Origin: an uncultured Candidatus Poseidoniales archaeon
Lineage (GTDB): Archaea > Thermoplasmatota > Poseidoniia > Poseidoniales > Thalassarchaeaceae
Assembly (NCBI GenBank): GCA_902601345.1
Contig: CACKMK010000002.1
Span: 43,571 to 107,570 of the forward strand
DNA: 64,000 nt
Direction of reading: 5' to 3'
Both the position numbers and the translations under genes were made by a program. This document shows, piece after piece, positions 7,856 to 18,234 of this stretch; the stretch's first letter is position 1; every line of letters starts with the position of its first letter. The notes beneath the pieces were generated by a model. That model worked only from the letters and a program-made list of their open reading frames with translations, had not been told where the DNA came from and did not search any database.

Positions 7856-10800
7856 ATGTCCAAGAACATCAGAGCCGAGGAAATAGATGTAAAGAGGCTC
7901 GAGATTGAGCGTTCGGATTATTACGAATCTCTGGATAAGGAAATAGAGGAAGCGTATACAATCGCAGCGGAGGCAAAAAAGAAGGGTCTGGACTTTTCTG
8001 AGTCAGTTGAGATACCTAGAGCGTCGGATTTGGCTAGTAGAACCGAGAAGCTCCTTGAAGACCCGTACCTCTATGTTGATCCGGATCAAAGGGCTAAGCA
8101 GCCGCTGAAAATTGAGGGATATCTGAGGGAGCTGCTGCAGAAGCACGACAGGGAAAGTGCTGCAATAATGATCGCGATTCACGTTACAAAGGAGATGCAT
8201 TCTGCGACCGGTGACAGAAGGAGAGCTATTGATTCTGGACTAAGAGTGGGGTTGGCGGTCCTCACTGAGGCTGTCCTGGTGGCCCCATTGGATGGTATAG
8301 GCGAAGTCAGAATAATGAGCAACTCGGATGGATCTGAGTTTCTTTCAATTGATTTCTGCGGCCCCATCAGGGCTGCAGGGGGTACTGCTCAGGCTCTAGG
8401 TGTACTAATTGGTGACATTCTAAGAAGGGAAATAGGAGTGGGCAGATACATCCCAACTGTTCCCGAAGTAGAGAGGGTGAAAGAGGAGTTCGGGCTTTAT
8501 CGTGCGAATCTCCAGTTTAAGCCAGAACCAGAAGAGACAGACCTGATTGTCAACGAGTGCCCGGTGATGATCAACGGCGAAGAGACCGAGAGAATGGAGT
8601 GTGCGGGTTACAAGGAAGTTAGGAACATAGTGAATGACAATGGTTCTTTCAGAACCAGAGTAAGGGGAGGGGTGATGCTAGTAATCGCAGAGGGTCTATG
8701 CCTCAAGGCTCCAAAGATCCGCAGTCACACTGAGAGATTGGGGGTTCCGGGGTGGGATTTCATTTCCAAATTCGCTGATAAGAAGAAGGATGGAAAGTCG
8801 GAAACTACCGAATTGAAGAGTAGGGTTCTGGAAAAAGAAGGACGATACATGGAAGATGTGATTGCGGGCAGACCCGTTTTCGGAGAGCCGCGAGAACCCG
8901 GGGGCTTTAGGCTAAGATATGGTAGGAGTAGAGCTACAGGACTTGCAGCGGCTGGTCTGAATCCGATTACGATGGAAGCATTAGGAGGATTCCTATCAGT
9001 AGGGACTCAGATGAAGATCGAGGGGCCCGGGAAGGCCTGTGCAGTTACACCATGTGTGGACATTGATGGTCCAACCGTTCTACTGAGAAACGGGGAATTC
9101 GTTAGAGTAGGGAGTCAGGAGGAGTGGAAGAGGTGCGAGGGTGAATTGCTCTCGATATGGGATGCTGGGGAAATTCTACTTGGCTATGGGGAGTTTCTGG
9201 AGAATAACAAATCTCTTTCTCCATCCTCCTATTCTGTAGATTGGTGGTCGGTTGATCTTGCAGATTCTCTTGACTCGCATGAGAAAATAGAGTCTTTCGC
9301 TGAGATAATCGGAGTAAAAGTAGGGAAATTACCACCTGGAATGCCATTCAATGGAGCAATTAGCCGTGGAGGTGAATCTAGATTAGAGAGGTCTTTGAGG
9401 AAGAGGAGTTGGATTTCCTATCTCAAAAGTTTAGAGCTATCTTGGGATATGGTCAAAGAGATATGTGAGAGCTTTGGAACCGCTGTCCCCCCTCCATGGA
9501 ACCTCTGGTGGTCAGATTTGCCAATCCAGTTCCTACCTCCTTTAGCTAATGAAATTGAGTCTTATGGAAAAATCGAGGGTTCTTCCCTTAGGATAGGGAA
9601 GTCGGTGGAGGGATGGCCATACTCCTTCGATAAGGATTCAATTGGACTCGCAAATCCGATTCTTGGTGAGTGGCCACGTTGGACAGAAGTTTACCGCCAT
9701 GGATTAGTTAAGTCATCATTGATGACTCTAGGGCTTGTTCATCATCATGAGGGTTCTGATATCGTAATTCCTCTACATTGGGAGGGTCTGCTAGATGGTT
9801 TGGGTCTTGGAGAAGCAGACGGGAGAATCATAGTCAGGAGGGAGGTTGATTCACTGGTCTCGCAGACAGTAGGAAAGATTTCAGAAGTATTGAATTCCAA
9901 AAAAAAGGAAGACAGGGAGAAGAGAGCTGTTGACGACTATCTGGTTGAGAGGTCTCTTAGTTTGGTTCGAAAGGTCTCAGAGCTTCCTAGATGGGAAGAC
10001 TCGGTCCCCTGTAGAATCGGGGCTAGAATGGGTAGACCCGAGAAGTCCGGTGTTAGGGAAATGAGTCCGATGGTTCACTCGCTCTTCCCGATCGGAGAGA
10101 ATGGTGGACCTCAGAGGTTGGTTTCAGAAGCGTCCTCGAGAGGGGCTATCAGAGTAACAGTTGGTCCGAGGATCTGTCAAAAGTGCGGTAAGGAGACACC
10201 TCACGTAACTTGTCATCACCGACCGGACCCCAAGGAACCCATAGAGTGCGGAGGCAGGACCTTGGAAGGACCTTCAAGAAATAGGAGAGGTAGAAGGAAG
10301 GGAGAAATCACCGCAGTGAACCTAGGATCAATTCTGGAAGTAAAGCGGAGGAGGCTTGGTTTGGACAGGATTCCTAGCAAAATCAAGGCAGTGAAGGGAT
10401 TGGTCTCAAAGGATCAGGCTCCCGAGCAAATCGAGAAAGGGATACTGAGAGGATTACATGGTTTGTCTGTTTTCAGAGACGGAACAGCTAGATTCGACAT
10501 GAGTGACGTCCCAGTTACTCACTTCAGGCCATCAGAGATTGGTACGTCGTGGAAGAGGCTTGTTGAATTGGGATATACCCACGATCACGTTGGCGAGCCC
10601 CTGAAGAACGACGAACAACTACTGGAGTTGCTCCCCCAGGACTTCATTCCTTCCAGGTTAGCCTCCAATCATCTTCTTTCAACGTGCTCTTTCGTGGATG
10701 ATCTTTTGGTTAGATTCTACGAAATGCCACCATTCTACATAGCCAAGAACCCAGAAGACATTGTTGGGCATATCGCGATTGGGCTTGCGCCCCATACCTC

Positions 10801-11689
10801 AGGAGGTGTAGCGTGCCGAATAATCGGGTGGACCGATGCGTCTGCAGGCTACGCCCACCCGCTATTTCATGCTGCGAAGAGGCGTAACTGCGATGGGGAC
10901 GAGGATAGCATAATGATGCTGATGGATGGTCTACTGAATTTTACACAGACCATCCTGCCTGCGAACAGGGGAGGTAGAATGGATGCCCCCCTAGTTCTGA
11001 CGACTCGTCTTAATCCCAGCGAAATCGACAAGGAGGCTTTGAACGTGGATTGCGCCTGGTTTTACAGCAGAGATTTCTTTGAGTCTACTCTAGACCAGCC
11101 ACATCCAAAGGATATCAGGGACCTGATGGACATTGTAGAGGACCGTCTCGGGATGATTGGTGAAATTAGAGGCTACGGATGGACTCACGATTCTGGACCA
11201 TTGGACGCTGGTCCGGAGAATTCCTCATACAAGACGCTAGTCACGATGAAGGACAAGTTAGACAGACAACTGAGTCTAGGCAAGACTCTACGCCCAGTTG
11301 CTGCAGATAGAGTTGCCAAACAGGTAATCGAATCGCACTTCCTACCAGACATGAGGGGCAATCTGATGGCATACACTAGGCAGAAAATAAGATGTGTGAA
11401 GTGCGGCGAGTCATACCGGAGGATGCCGCTAGCGGGAAAGTGTATCAAGAATAAGCCGGCATCTGGTGGATTCTCAGGTGGAGAATTAGATTCGGGTTGC
11501 GGAGGGAACGTTGTACTGACTGTCTCTGAGGGCGCTGTTAGGAAGTACATCCAGATAACGGAGGACATCATGAATGAATTCGGAATAGATGACTACACAA
11601 AGCACAGGGTTGGGTGGATGTCTTCAAGCGTGGACTCGTTGTTCAATAATGACAAGGTTACCGTGATGACCCTTGAGGACTTCATCTAA
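7856..11689 (+). CDS. polC: DNA polymerase II (PolD) large subunit DP2
   Basis: ~1277 aa from the Met at 7856. N-terminus MSKNIRAEEIDVKRLEIERSDYYESLDKEIEEAYTIAAEAKKKGLDFSESVEIPRASDLASRTE aligns with the DP2 N-terminal pattern YFE.L..EI..AY.IA..A...G.D.S..VEIP.A.D.A.R.E. Cys clusters sit near the C-terminus (CQKCGKETPHVTCHH; CVKCGESYRRMPLAGKC). The track ORF starts 99 nt earlier, leaving only 29 bp to divergent pyrE. No intein-sized insertion. Confidence 0.9.
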   Translation: MSKNIRAEEIDVKRLEIERSDYYESLDKEIEEAYTIAAEAKKKGLDFSESVEIPRASDLASRTEKLLEDPYLYVDPDQRAKQPLKIEGYLRELLQKHDRESAAIMIAIHVTKEMHSATGDRRRAIDSGLRVGLAVLTEAVLVAPLDGIGEVRIMSNSDGSEFLSIDFCGPIRAAGGTAQALGVLIGDILRREIGVGRYIPTVPEVERVKEEFGLYRANLQFKPEPEETDLIVNECPVMINGEETERMECAGYKEVRNIVNDNGSFRTRVRGGVMLVIAEGLCLKAPKIRSHTERLGVPGWDFISKFADKKKDGKSETTELKSRVLEKEGRYMEDVIAGRPVFGEPREPGGFRLRYGRSRATGLAAAGLNPITMEALGGFLSVGTQMKIEGPGKACAVTPCVDIDGPTVLLRNGEFVRVGSQEEWKRCEGELLSIWDAGEILLGYGEFLENNKSLSPSSYSVDWWSVDLADSLDSHEKIESFAEIIGVKVGKLPPGMPFNGAISRGGESRLERSLRKRSWISYLKSLELSWDMVKEICESFGTAVPPPWNLWWSDLPIQFLPPLANEIESYGKIEGSSLRIGKSVEGWPYSFDKDSIGLANPILGEWPRWTEVYRHGLVKSSLMTLGLVHHHEGSDIVIPLHWEGLLDGLGLGEADGRIIVRREVDSLVSQTVGKISEVLNSKKKEDREKRAVDDYLVERSLSLVRKVSELPRWEDSVPCRIGARMGRPEKSGVREMSPMVHSLFPIGENGGPQRLVSEASSRGAIRVTVGPRICQKCGKETPHVTCHHRPDPKEPIECGGRTLEGPSRNRRGRRKGEITAVNLGSILEVKRRRLGLDRIPSKIKAVKGLVSKDQAPEQIEKGILRGLHGLSVFRDGTARFDMSDVPVTHFRPSEIGTSWKRLVELGYTHDHVGEPLKNDEQLLELLPQDFIPSRLASNHLLSTCSFVDDLLVRFYEMPPFYIAKNPEDIVGHIAIGLAPHTSGGVACRIIGWTDASAGYAHPLFHAAKRRNCDGDEDSIMMLMDGLLNFTQTILPANRGGRMDAPLVLTTRLNPSEIDKEALNVDCAWFYSRDFFESTLDQPHPKDIRDLMDIVEDRLGMIGEIRGYGWTHDSGPLDAGPENSSYKTLVTMKDKLDRQLSLGKTLRPVAADRVAKQVIESHFLPDMRGNLMAYTRQKIRCVKCGESYRRMPLAGKCIKNKPASGGFSGGELDSGCGGNVVLTVSEGAVRKYIQITEDIMNEFGIDDYTKHRVGWMSSSVDSLFNNDKVTVMTLEDFI

Positions 11690-12686
11690 TCAGGTATGAC
11701 AGAGGGTCTCCAAGAAGGAGCATTGGTAGTATTGCCAAGAAGAGGTAGACTAGAAATGGATGCTTGGTTGTTATCCAGACACTGTCCAAGCCCAATTCCT
11801 CGAGAAGCTCGAACTGCTTGTCCTTGTCATGGGCATTTGATAATCTCCTAGAGGGAAGTATCCGATCTACTGGACTCATCTCTCCGTTTTTCTCAATGAC
11901 CTCAGTCAGAATCCAAGATTGGTATGATTCAGAATCTGGGGCTTCCTTGAGATCTGAGATTCTTCTCTTCGTGGCGTGCCACGCCATCTTAAGATCTGAT
12001 AGTGAAGAAATATTGCCCCTCGCGGTGTTTTGAACGAAGATTATTGGTGGTGCAATCAGAAATGCAGCAGCGGCCCATATGAAGAGTACCATTGACGGGG
12101 GCATTCGGAATAGTGGGTCTTCCACCAGAGGGTACATCTGATCTGGCACGAATGCCCACGAGGGAAACACCAGAGTTACGAGAATCAGCGCCTTTACATC
12201 CGCTCCTCCTTGAATTAGCCCTATCCTCCATGAGCCATAGAAAATCGCAGAGGTCAGGAAAGCACCGTTCATACTCCACCAGAGAGTCGTTTCCTTTGAT
12301 TCATCGCCCAGAACCAAATCAACGAAATTTGTATCCGAGTAGACGTTCGCTCCGTACACGAATCCAACTAAACCCAGCGCATACACCACCGATAGGAGAG
12401 CCTGGTTTTGATTCCAATCCCTGAAATCTCGTGGATCCGGTGGGCCAGAGAAGCAGAAAGAATAGACTGCGACCAACGAGAATACCATGCATAGGTTGGC
12501 AATACCCATGTTCTCGGATACTATCTCCACCAAGAGGATGAGTACAACCGGGACAGACCATCTGACCCAGTGACTGTTCCTGACTGATAGTGTCTCCAAG
12601 TCTGAGCGTGCTGCAATGGCCATCATGATAGTTAGGGCCGAGATTCTCAGAGTGGACAGTAGGGGGTCGGCCACGATTGTTGACAA
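11682..12686 (-). CDS. flaK: A24-family preflagellin/prepilin peptidase (FlaK/PibD-like)
   Basis: 334-aa polytopic membrane protein. GGADVKALILVTLVF matches the conserved second catalytic Asp motif (GGxDVK) of type IV prepilin/preflagellin peptidases. Located at the distal end of the archaellum operon. Confidence 0.6.
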   Translation of the reverse strand: MSTIVADPLLSTLRISALTIMMAIAARSDLETLSVRNSHWVRWSVPVVLILLVEIVSENMGIANLCMVFSLVAVYSFCFSGPPDPRDFRDWNQNQALLSVVYALGLVGFVYGANVYSDTNFVDLVLGDESKETTLWWSMNGAFLTSAIFYGSWRIGLIQGGADVKALILVTLVFPSWAFVPDQMYPLVEDPLFRMPPSMVLFIWAAAAFLIAPPIIFVQNTARGNISSLSDLKMAWHATKRRISDLKEAPDSESYQSWILTEVIEKNGEMSPVDRILPSRRLSNAHDKDKQFELLEELGLDSVWITTKHPFLVYLFLAILPMLLLGDPLSYLIR

Positions 12687-12719
12687 ATGGCGAATGGCAT
12701 CAAGTCTTCTGCGCTATCG

Positions 12720-14522
12720 CTATGCTCCTGTCTGGAAAAGGCCCACTGACTGGTCCAGGATCCATGCGCTGAAGAAGTTCGCAAGACCTGCCACCCACAT
12801 CATCTGAATCATCTGTCCGAGGACCAGTGTGGTCCCGCCCCCTCTGATCCTAGCGGTTATGAGACCGAGAATGACAATTGAGATGACGATTAGGAAAGAT
12901 CCCATGTATTGGAAGACCCGGATATTCTGTTCAATCCCTCCTGTCTCTGCCAAAGCCGGTAACGCAACGTCTACGCCTCCGGCCGCGGTACCGACCTCAC
13001 CCGCTCCATCGACTAGTCCCTGAGCCACCGAAGCTATCGTCTCACCTAGACCGGCAATAATCGATGTAGTGATGTTGAGAGCGATAATCATCGCAATTAG
13101 GAGACCGTAGGAGACGCTCCTCATCACGTTGGCTGAAATCTGTCTCCTCTGCCTGAGCCCTAACAAACTAGTCGTACTCTGAGAGACCATGTCTCCAACC
13201 AGACCAGCCTCACCGGTGGAAGATGATCCCTCGATGAAAACCCTCGTGAACCTGGATACGAGCATTGAATTGTTGTCGGCTGCAAACCAATCCCATGAGT
13301 AGTCGCTGTCTATCCTCATGGACAGCCTCTTCTCAAGATTGGAGATTGAGTCGTCTAGGGCTCCGAAATCGATACCTGACAGCGCCTTTACCATGGCGCT
13401 GGGTTCCTGGGCCCTGGCTTGTGCAGTTCCTCCGAAGGCTCGAATGAACTCTGGGAAAGCGTCGTCCCTCCTTCTCACTCTTGTCTCCTCCTGAAGGGTT
13501 AGTAGGGCTGGTGCGAGCAGTGGCGACATCATAGCAGCAATCACCAGAAGTCCGAAGTAGTTCCACTGTTCGAACAGGATATCCGTCCCGTAGACAATGA
13601 AGACTGTGGAAATGAGTAATACCATTATCGTACCGAGTATGCCCGCAAAAATCCACGATCTACGCATGTCAATCGCCTGTTCTGTGTTGAATCCGTGTTT
13701 GGCGAAGAGGTCCTCGTCCGGAATAACCAGAGTGAATAGGTACCATGCTCCAATCTGTAGCAACGCGAAGAGTGTCCCCGTGAGGAGAACCCACCTCGCT
13801 CTTATTATCACCTCGAACGGATTCGATGTCTCCGCTCCCGTCTGGAAGAGTATGAGATGAAGGCCGGAAACCACTAGGAGAAGAAGCCCTGTTGTAGTCA
13901 GGGACACGAAGGTCTCCCTCAGAGTATCCAACTGCTCAAGCCTAGCATCGTAGATGGTGGTATAGGCCTGCTCGAAGGTCTCGTTCTCACTGGAGAAGAA
14001 CTCCCCGATTGGTTGCCCCACTTCCACGGAGAAGGCCATCCTGTCTAGGAAGTCGCTCCATATAGCCGACGGGCTCTGTCTTCCGACTATTCTTGCTGCC
14101 TCGGGTAGGTTAGTATGCCATTTGGTGACTAGGGTCTCTATCGCTTGGATCTCGTGAGCCAGTGCTCCGTAGTCACCCATCTCCTTCAGTACGTCGAACA
14201 TCCCCTTCTCGGCCGACTCTCCCATGGAAAGAATCCCCATCCTCGTCATGAACATGTGCATATCTTGCTCTATCTGGATTGCCTCTGCTGAAACCTGTGC
14301 CACCGGATAAGCAAGAGTGCCGGCAAAGGCCAGTGCCGGGAATAAGAGAATCATGAGTACTGCGGAAGGTCCCGTAATGACATCGCTCACGGTATACCAG
14401 ACTGCAATACCGGCGACTAGCCCCACTAAGGACACTGGCAGTGCGAAGAAAAGGAGGTAGTTCCTGAATGGCATTCCCAGACGGAGGAGTGCGATCTCCC
14501 ATGTGCTGGCCTTGTCCTCCAT
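12720..14522 (-). CDS. flaJ: Archaellum membrane platform protein FlaJ (TadC/GspF-like)
   Basis: 600-aa polytopic membrane protein immediately downstream of the FlaI ATPase. Size and operon position are typical of FlaJ. Confidence 0.7.
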   Translation of the reverse strand: MEDKASTWEIALLRLGMPFRNYLLFFALPVSLVGLVAGIAVWYTVSDVITGPSAVLMILLFPALAFAGTLAYPVAQVSAEAIQIEQDMHMFMTRMGILSMGESAEKGMFDVLKEMGDYGALAHEIQAIETLVTKWHTNLPEAARIVGRQSPSAIWSDFLDRMAFSVEVGQPIGEFFSSENETFEQAYTTIYDARLEQLDTLRETFVSLTTTGLLLLVVSGLHLILFQTGAETSNPFEVIIRARWVLLTGTLFALLQIGAWYLFTLVIPDEDLFAKHGFNTEQAIDMRRSWIFAGILGTIMVLLISTVFIVYGTDILFEQWNYFGLLVIAAMMSPLLAPALLTLQEETRVRRRDDAFPEFIRAFGGTAQARAQEPSAMVKALSGIDFGALDDSISNLEKRLSMRIDSDYSWDWFAADNNSMLVSRFTRVFIEGSSSTGEAGLVGDMVSQSTTSLLGLRQRRQISANVMRSVSYGLLIAMIIALNITTSIIAGLGETIASVAQGLVDGAGEVGTAAGGVDVALPALAETGGIEQNIRVFQYMGSFLIVISIVILGLITARIRGGGTTLVLGQMIQMMWVAGLANFFSAWILDQSVGLFQTGA

Positions 14523-14534
14523 ATGGAATCATTC

Positions 14535-16283
14535 CTAGTGATTGATTCCCGTCCAGGTCTCCAGTGCGGATGCAAACCTGTCCCAACCCTCTTTGTAGTA
14601 CACGTCTAATAAATCAAAAACGTCATCGTAGTGAGTTAGGTCTCTGTCGCACATCCTCTGGATGGCCTCTGTCCTTCTCTGCAACTCATCGTAGATGTCT
14701 CGCTTGCTCCGGAATCCCATCCTAGGGGCGATCTTGTTCTCCAGCATATCGGACTGGAACATCCCTCTGAAGTAGACCTCATCCGCCACTGGATCCCATT
14801 CGAACATATTTCTGGTGAGGATACCGTCAGCGGTCTTGTCGAATCCAATCACCTCGCTGACGCCGGTTATCCTCCTGGCTATACCCCCTCCTGGGGCTTC
14901 GACCACTTCCTGGAAGATTGCGAAGTTCAGGTTGTCGAAGAATCGGGCTGGGACGTTAATCGGGTCTCCTGTGAATCTCTGGATAAGCTTGACGATGTTA
15001 GAGGCGTGGAAGGTACCGACCACGGGGTGCCCTGTCTGCATAGCTTGGAAGGCGATTGCTCCCTCTACCCCCCTGATCTCCCCTATTATGATGTATCGGG
15101 GCCTGGATCTTAGTGCTGCCTTGAGCAGATCGAACATCTCCACTCTGGAGTCCTCATTCTTTGAGTCCCTGGTGATTAGCCTCTGCCATATTGTGTGAGC
15201 CACCTTGACCTCAGGAGTGTCCTCTGCTGTGTATATCTTGACATTGTGATCTATGAATGGGAGTACCGCGTTCAGCGTGGTGGTCTTTCCTGAGGCCGTC
15301 TCCCCCGAGACCAGCATGGACATCCCGGACTCCAGACCAAGCCAGATATATGCGGCCATCTGGGCGGATAGTGTCTTCCACTTGATCAACTGGATGATGG
15401 ATATGGTCTCCTCAGCGAACTTCCTTATCGTGAATGAAGAACCCTGGATAGAGACATCGTCGCTGTAGATTATGTTGATTCTAGAACCATCCAGCAGGGC
15501 ACCGTCGACAATCGGCTTGCTGTCAGATACTGGCCTCCCTATCCTTTCTGACATTGACCTCAGGTACTTGGTGAGAAGCTCCTGATCCCTGAATGCGATG
15601 TTTGAGGTAAGCATCGGGAAGACCTTGTGATCCATATTTATCCGAGATAGCCCGATCGAGTGAATATCCTCCAGCATCTCGTCGGCTAGAAGTGTCTCTA
15701 GAGGGCCGTTGTTAACTAGGTCCCTGACCACCACGTACTTGAGCCGATCGAGTTGTTCTGGTGTGACCTTGATTGGGGCCTCGCCCATGCCTATCAGTTC
15801 CCTTGCTTGGTTCACAACTGGATTGGAGAGAAGTGACGATGAAGTGGTGGTGGTCATCTCATCCATCATTTCGTGAATCATTGCGATGAATTCCTCGTCA
15901 TTGTCGAATCGCTCCTTCTGGGGAGCGTCTCTGAGGAGCCTTTCCACGATACGGTCCCTGATTTCGTCCTCCTCGTCTGTGATAGTTGGCTCTAGCCCGA
16001 ACCAGAAGGTGTTCCCTGCTCCTTCGGCTCCCTCAGGAGGGGAGTAGACATGTGCGAAGCAAGGAGGCTTTGTGGCGTAAATCAGGTTACGGGGGCTGAC
16101 GCTCTTCGCATCCCTGTCCAGAGGGCCATAGTAAATCGGCCTGGACCCGTGTTCTGCCTCGAACTGCTCGACCCATTCGCGGATATGTGGGTACTCGGCC
16201 ATGAGGCCACCGAGGTCGCCAGGCTCGATATTGAACTCTGGCTGTTTTCGGTCATCTTCGCTGGACTCTTGCTCGGTAACCAT
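14535..16283 (-). CDS. flaI: Archaellum ATPase FlaI (type II/IV secretion system ATPase family)
   Basis: 582 aa. Walker A is SGETASGKTTTLNAVLPF. YIIIGEIRGVEGAIAFQAMQTGHPVVGTFHASN matches the VirB11/FlaI His-box region. Confidence 0.85.
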   Translation of the reverse strand: MVTEQESSEDDRKQPEFNIEPGDLGGLMAEYPHIREWVEQFEAEHGSRPIYYGPLDRDAKSVSPRNLIYATKPPCFAHVYSPPEGAEGAGNTFWFGLEPTITDEEDEIRDRIVERLLRDAPQKERFDNDEEFIAMIHEMMDEMTTTTSSSLLSNPVVNQARELIGMGEAPIKVTPEQLDRLKYVVVRDLVNNGPLETLLADEMLEDIHSIGLSRINMDHKVFPMLTSNIAFRDQELLTKYLRSMSERIGRPVSDSKPIVDGALLDGSRINIIYSDDVSIQGSSFTIRKFAEETISIIQLIKWKTLSAQMAAYIWLGLESGMSMLVSGETASGKTTTLNAVLPFIDHNVKIYTAEDTPEVKVAHTIWQRLITRDSKNEDSRVEMFDLLKAALRSRPRYIIIGEIRGVEGAIAFQAMQTGHPVVGTFHASNIVKLIQRFTGDPINVPARFFDNLNFAIFQEVVEAPGGGIARRITGVSEVIGFDKTADGILTRNMFEWDPVADEVYFRGMFQSDMLENKIAPRMGFRSKRDIYDELQRRTEAIQRMCDRDLTHYDDVFDLLDVYYKEGWDRFASALETWTGINH

Positions 16284-16293
16284 TCAATCAACC

Positions 16294-16992
16294 TCATGCT
16301 ACAGCTGTGATATCCACGATGAATCCCATCTCGGGCATAACCTTCCATCCGATTCTCTCAGTCACTGGTCCCGCGGCTCGAAGGAATCGAGTGACGCTGA
16401 CGGTCCTGACAAGCTGTCCACCAACGACTGCGGTCATCATATCCAGCACGACCTCAGCGGAGTTCTTCATGTCCCTGAGGGTGTGGCTGTCCATCTCTTC
16501 GGGATCAATCGTCAATATCAGGGTACGACCCTCTGAGGTGAACTTCCGGAGAACCCTCAAAAGCTCCTTGCTCGACATATCATCTGGCATCAGCTCTGAG
16601 GCCCTGTCAATGATTACCACGTCTGCCTCCTTCGAGGCCGGTGACTCAAGTAGATTCAGCAGGGTTACTGGCTCTTCGGATGGTTCGGCAATGACTCCGA
16701 AGCTGGAAATCAGGTGGAATGATCCCTCGTCGATCCTCTTGTCCATGTAGTATCCGATGCTGGAAACCTGCTCAAGCCAGCCCCTCGTGGTTAGCTCGGT
16801 GGTGTATAGTGAGACTTTGACGTCGTTCGCTGTCATTCCGAATGACATTCGCTGTCCAATGATGCTCTTTCCGGAGCCAATGCCTCCGCAAACGAGCATC
16901 AGTGCCCTATTCGGGATGGCAGTCCCCATGCTCTGCCCCAGGCTGTCCTGGATTACCCCGAACTCGAAATTGTCGACGTTAGCTTGTGACAA
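16294..16992 (-). CDS. flaH: Archaellum protein FlaH (KaiC/RecA-like ATPase fold)
   Basis: 232 aa. Walker A is ALMLVCGGIGSGKSIIGQRM. KaiC-like architecture, located directly upstream of flaI. Confidence 0.7.
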   Translation of the reverse strand: MSQANVDNFEFGVIQDSLGQSMGTAIPNRALMLVCGGIGSGKSIIGQRMSFGMTANDVKVSLYTTELTTRGWLEQVSSIGYYMDKRIDEGSFHLISSFGVIAEPSEEPVTLLNLLESPASKEADVVIIDRASELMPDDMSSKELLRVLRKFTSEGRTLILTIDPEEMDSHTLRDMKNSAEVVLDMMTAVVGGQLVRTVSVTRFLRAAGPVTERIGWKVMPEMGFIVDITAVA

Positions 16993-17458
16993 GTCTTACT
17001 TCCTCCGAAACTGTGTATGCCCCAGCGTAACCCGTTGCAGTCGATACAACCGTTATTGTCATTATTACATCATTGGTGCCGGTGTAGCTGAGGGTATCGC
17101 TGGTATCGTCGACTGTGAACTGGACGATCTGCCCTTGTACCCAAGTCGTAGAACCGTCTGCGACTGACACGGTCATTGGGGTCCCCTCGATGTAGACTCC
17201 TATGGTTTCTAGGTCCAATTGCGTCTCGCCGGAATTCTGAATGTACAGTGTTGCCCTCTTCTCTGTGTCATCCCAACCTACATTGCTTGGGTCATTGACT
17301 AGGGATGCTCTGGTACGGACGTCCTCAGCGCCCTCCTTGCCCCTATCCTCGATTGCAGAGTCCATGTCCCCCCATGTGTCCAGGAGTACGCCTGAAACTA
17401 GGCCTGCTACTATCAACCCGGCAATGAGGAGAATGATCTCTGAGGGTCCGTTAGCCAT
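16979..17458 (-). CDS. FlaG-like archaellum protein (N-terminal TM anchor)
   Basis: 159 aa. N-terminal hydrophobic helix EIILLIAGLIVAGLVSGVLL is followed by a beta-rich soluble domain. Position between the FlaF-like gene and flaH matches the euryarchaeal flaF-flaG-flaH order. Confidence 0.4.
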   Translation of the reverse strand: MANGPSEIILLIAGLIVAGLVSGVLLDTWGDMDSAIEDRGKEGAEDVRTRASLVNDPSNVGWDDTEKRATLYIQNSGETQLDLETIGVYIEGTPMTVSVADGSTTWVQGQIVQFTVDDTSDTLSYTGTNDVIMTITVVSTATGYAGAYTVSEEVRLVTS

Positions 17459-17469
17459 CTATTCTCACC

Positions 17470-18234
17470 TCATGAAATTGTTACCGAAACCGCGTCGTTG
17501 TAGTCGTATATGGCTAGGAATGCCCTGTCTGGGTCTGCGTCTACAGAGAATCCATGGCTTGCCAAGGATAAAGGGAATGGCTCTGTGGATATCTCCTCAC
17601 CGGGGAAGAGGTACAGGTTTCCCCCGGTATAGTGGTCTGTGAACTGGAATGGTATGCCCTGTTGAATAGGGGAGGTGTCCGAGAGCGTAATCACCACGTG
17701 AGACAATTCAACCGTCTCTGAGCCTGTGTTGCTGATGGATATGGTATTCTGGTCCTCGATCGCTGTGATTGTGTAGGTGGCTGTTCCATCGGAGCCATCG
17801 GAGCCGCAGTCTATCGTCACGACCTCGGCAACGGCGTATCCGTTTCCTGGTACAAGGGTGGCACCGTTGTATCCATCAACCTCACCATCGCCATTAGCAT
17901 CGAGGATTTCGATAGTTGCCCCAGCGCCTGAGGAGCTGCTGACTAGGTCGCATGTTGTCCCTGAGATGTAGTCGCTGCCCCCGGAGTTTACTCCACCCGT
18001 CCAAGAAAGGGTGGAGACTGGCCCCGTTGACTCCTGCTTGTCAGTGACGCTCACTATCACGACCTCAGGGTCGGGTAGCTCGTAATCCGTGTTCTTGATC
18101 GACTCGTTGACGCTGTCGACCAGTGTGACGGTGGCCATTCCGAAGATCATTATGAAGACGGTGCCGACGACCATCGCAGCTACGCTAGAACCAGCCAATA
18201 CCCATCCCCCTATGGAGTCCCCTGGGCCCTCCAA
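17470..18234 (-). CDS. FlaF-like archaellum protein (N-terminal TM anchor, beta-sandwich)
   Basis: 254 aa. N-terminal TM segment is VAAMVVGTVFIMIFGMATVTL. G/S/T-rich beta-rich C-terminal part. Operon position assigns it to FlaF/FlaG. Longer than a typical FlaF. Confidence 0.4.
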   Translation of the reverse strand: MEGPGDSIGGWVLAGSSVAAMVVGTVFIMIFGMATVTLVDSVNESIKNTDYELPDPEVVIVSVTDKQESTGPVSTLSWTGGVNSGGSDYISGTTCDLVSSSSGAGATIEILDANGDGEVDGYNGATLVPGNGYAVAEVVTIDCGSDGSDGTATYTITAIEDQNTISISNTGSETVELSHVVITLSDTSPIQQGIPFQFTDHYTGGNLYLFPGEEISTEPFPLSLASHGFSVDADPDRAFLAIYDYNDAVSVTIS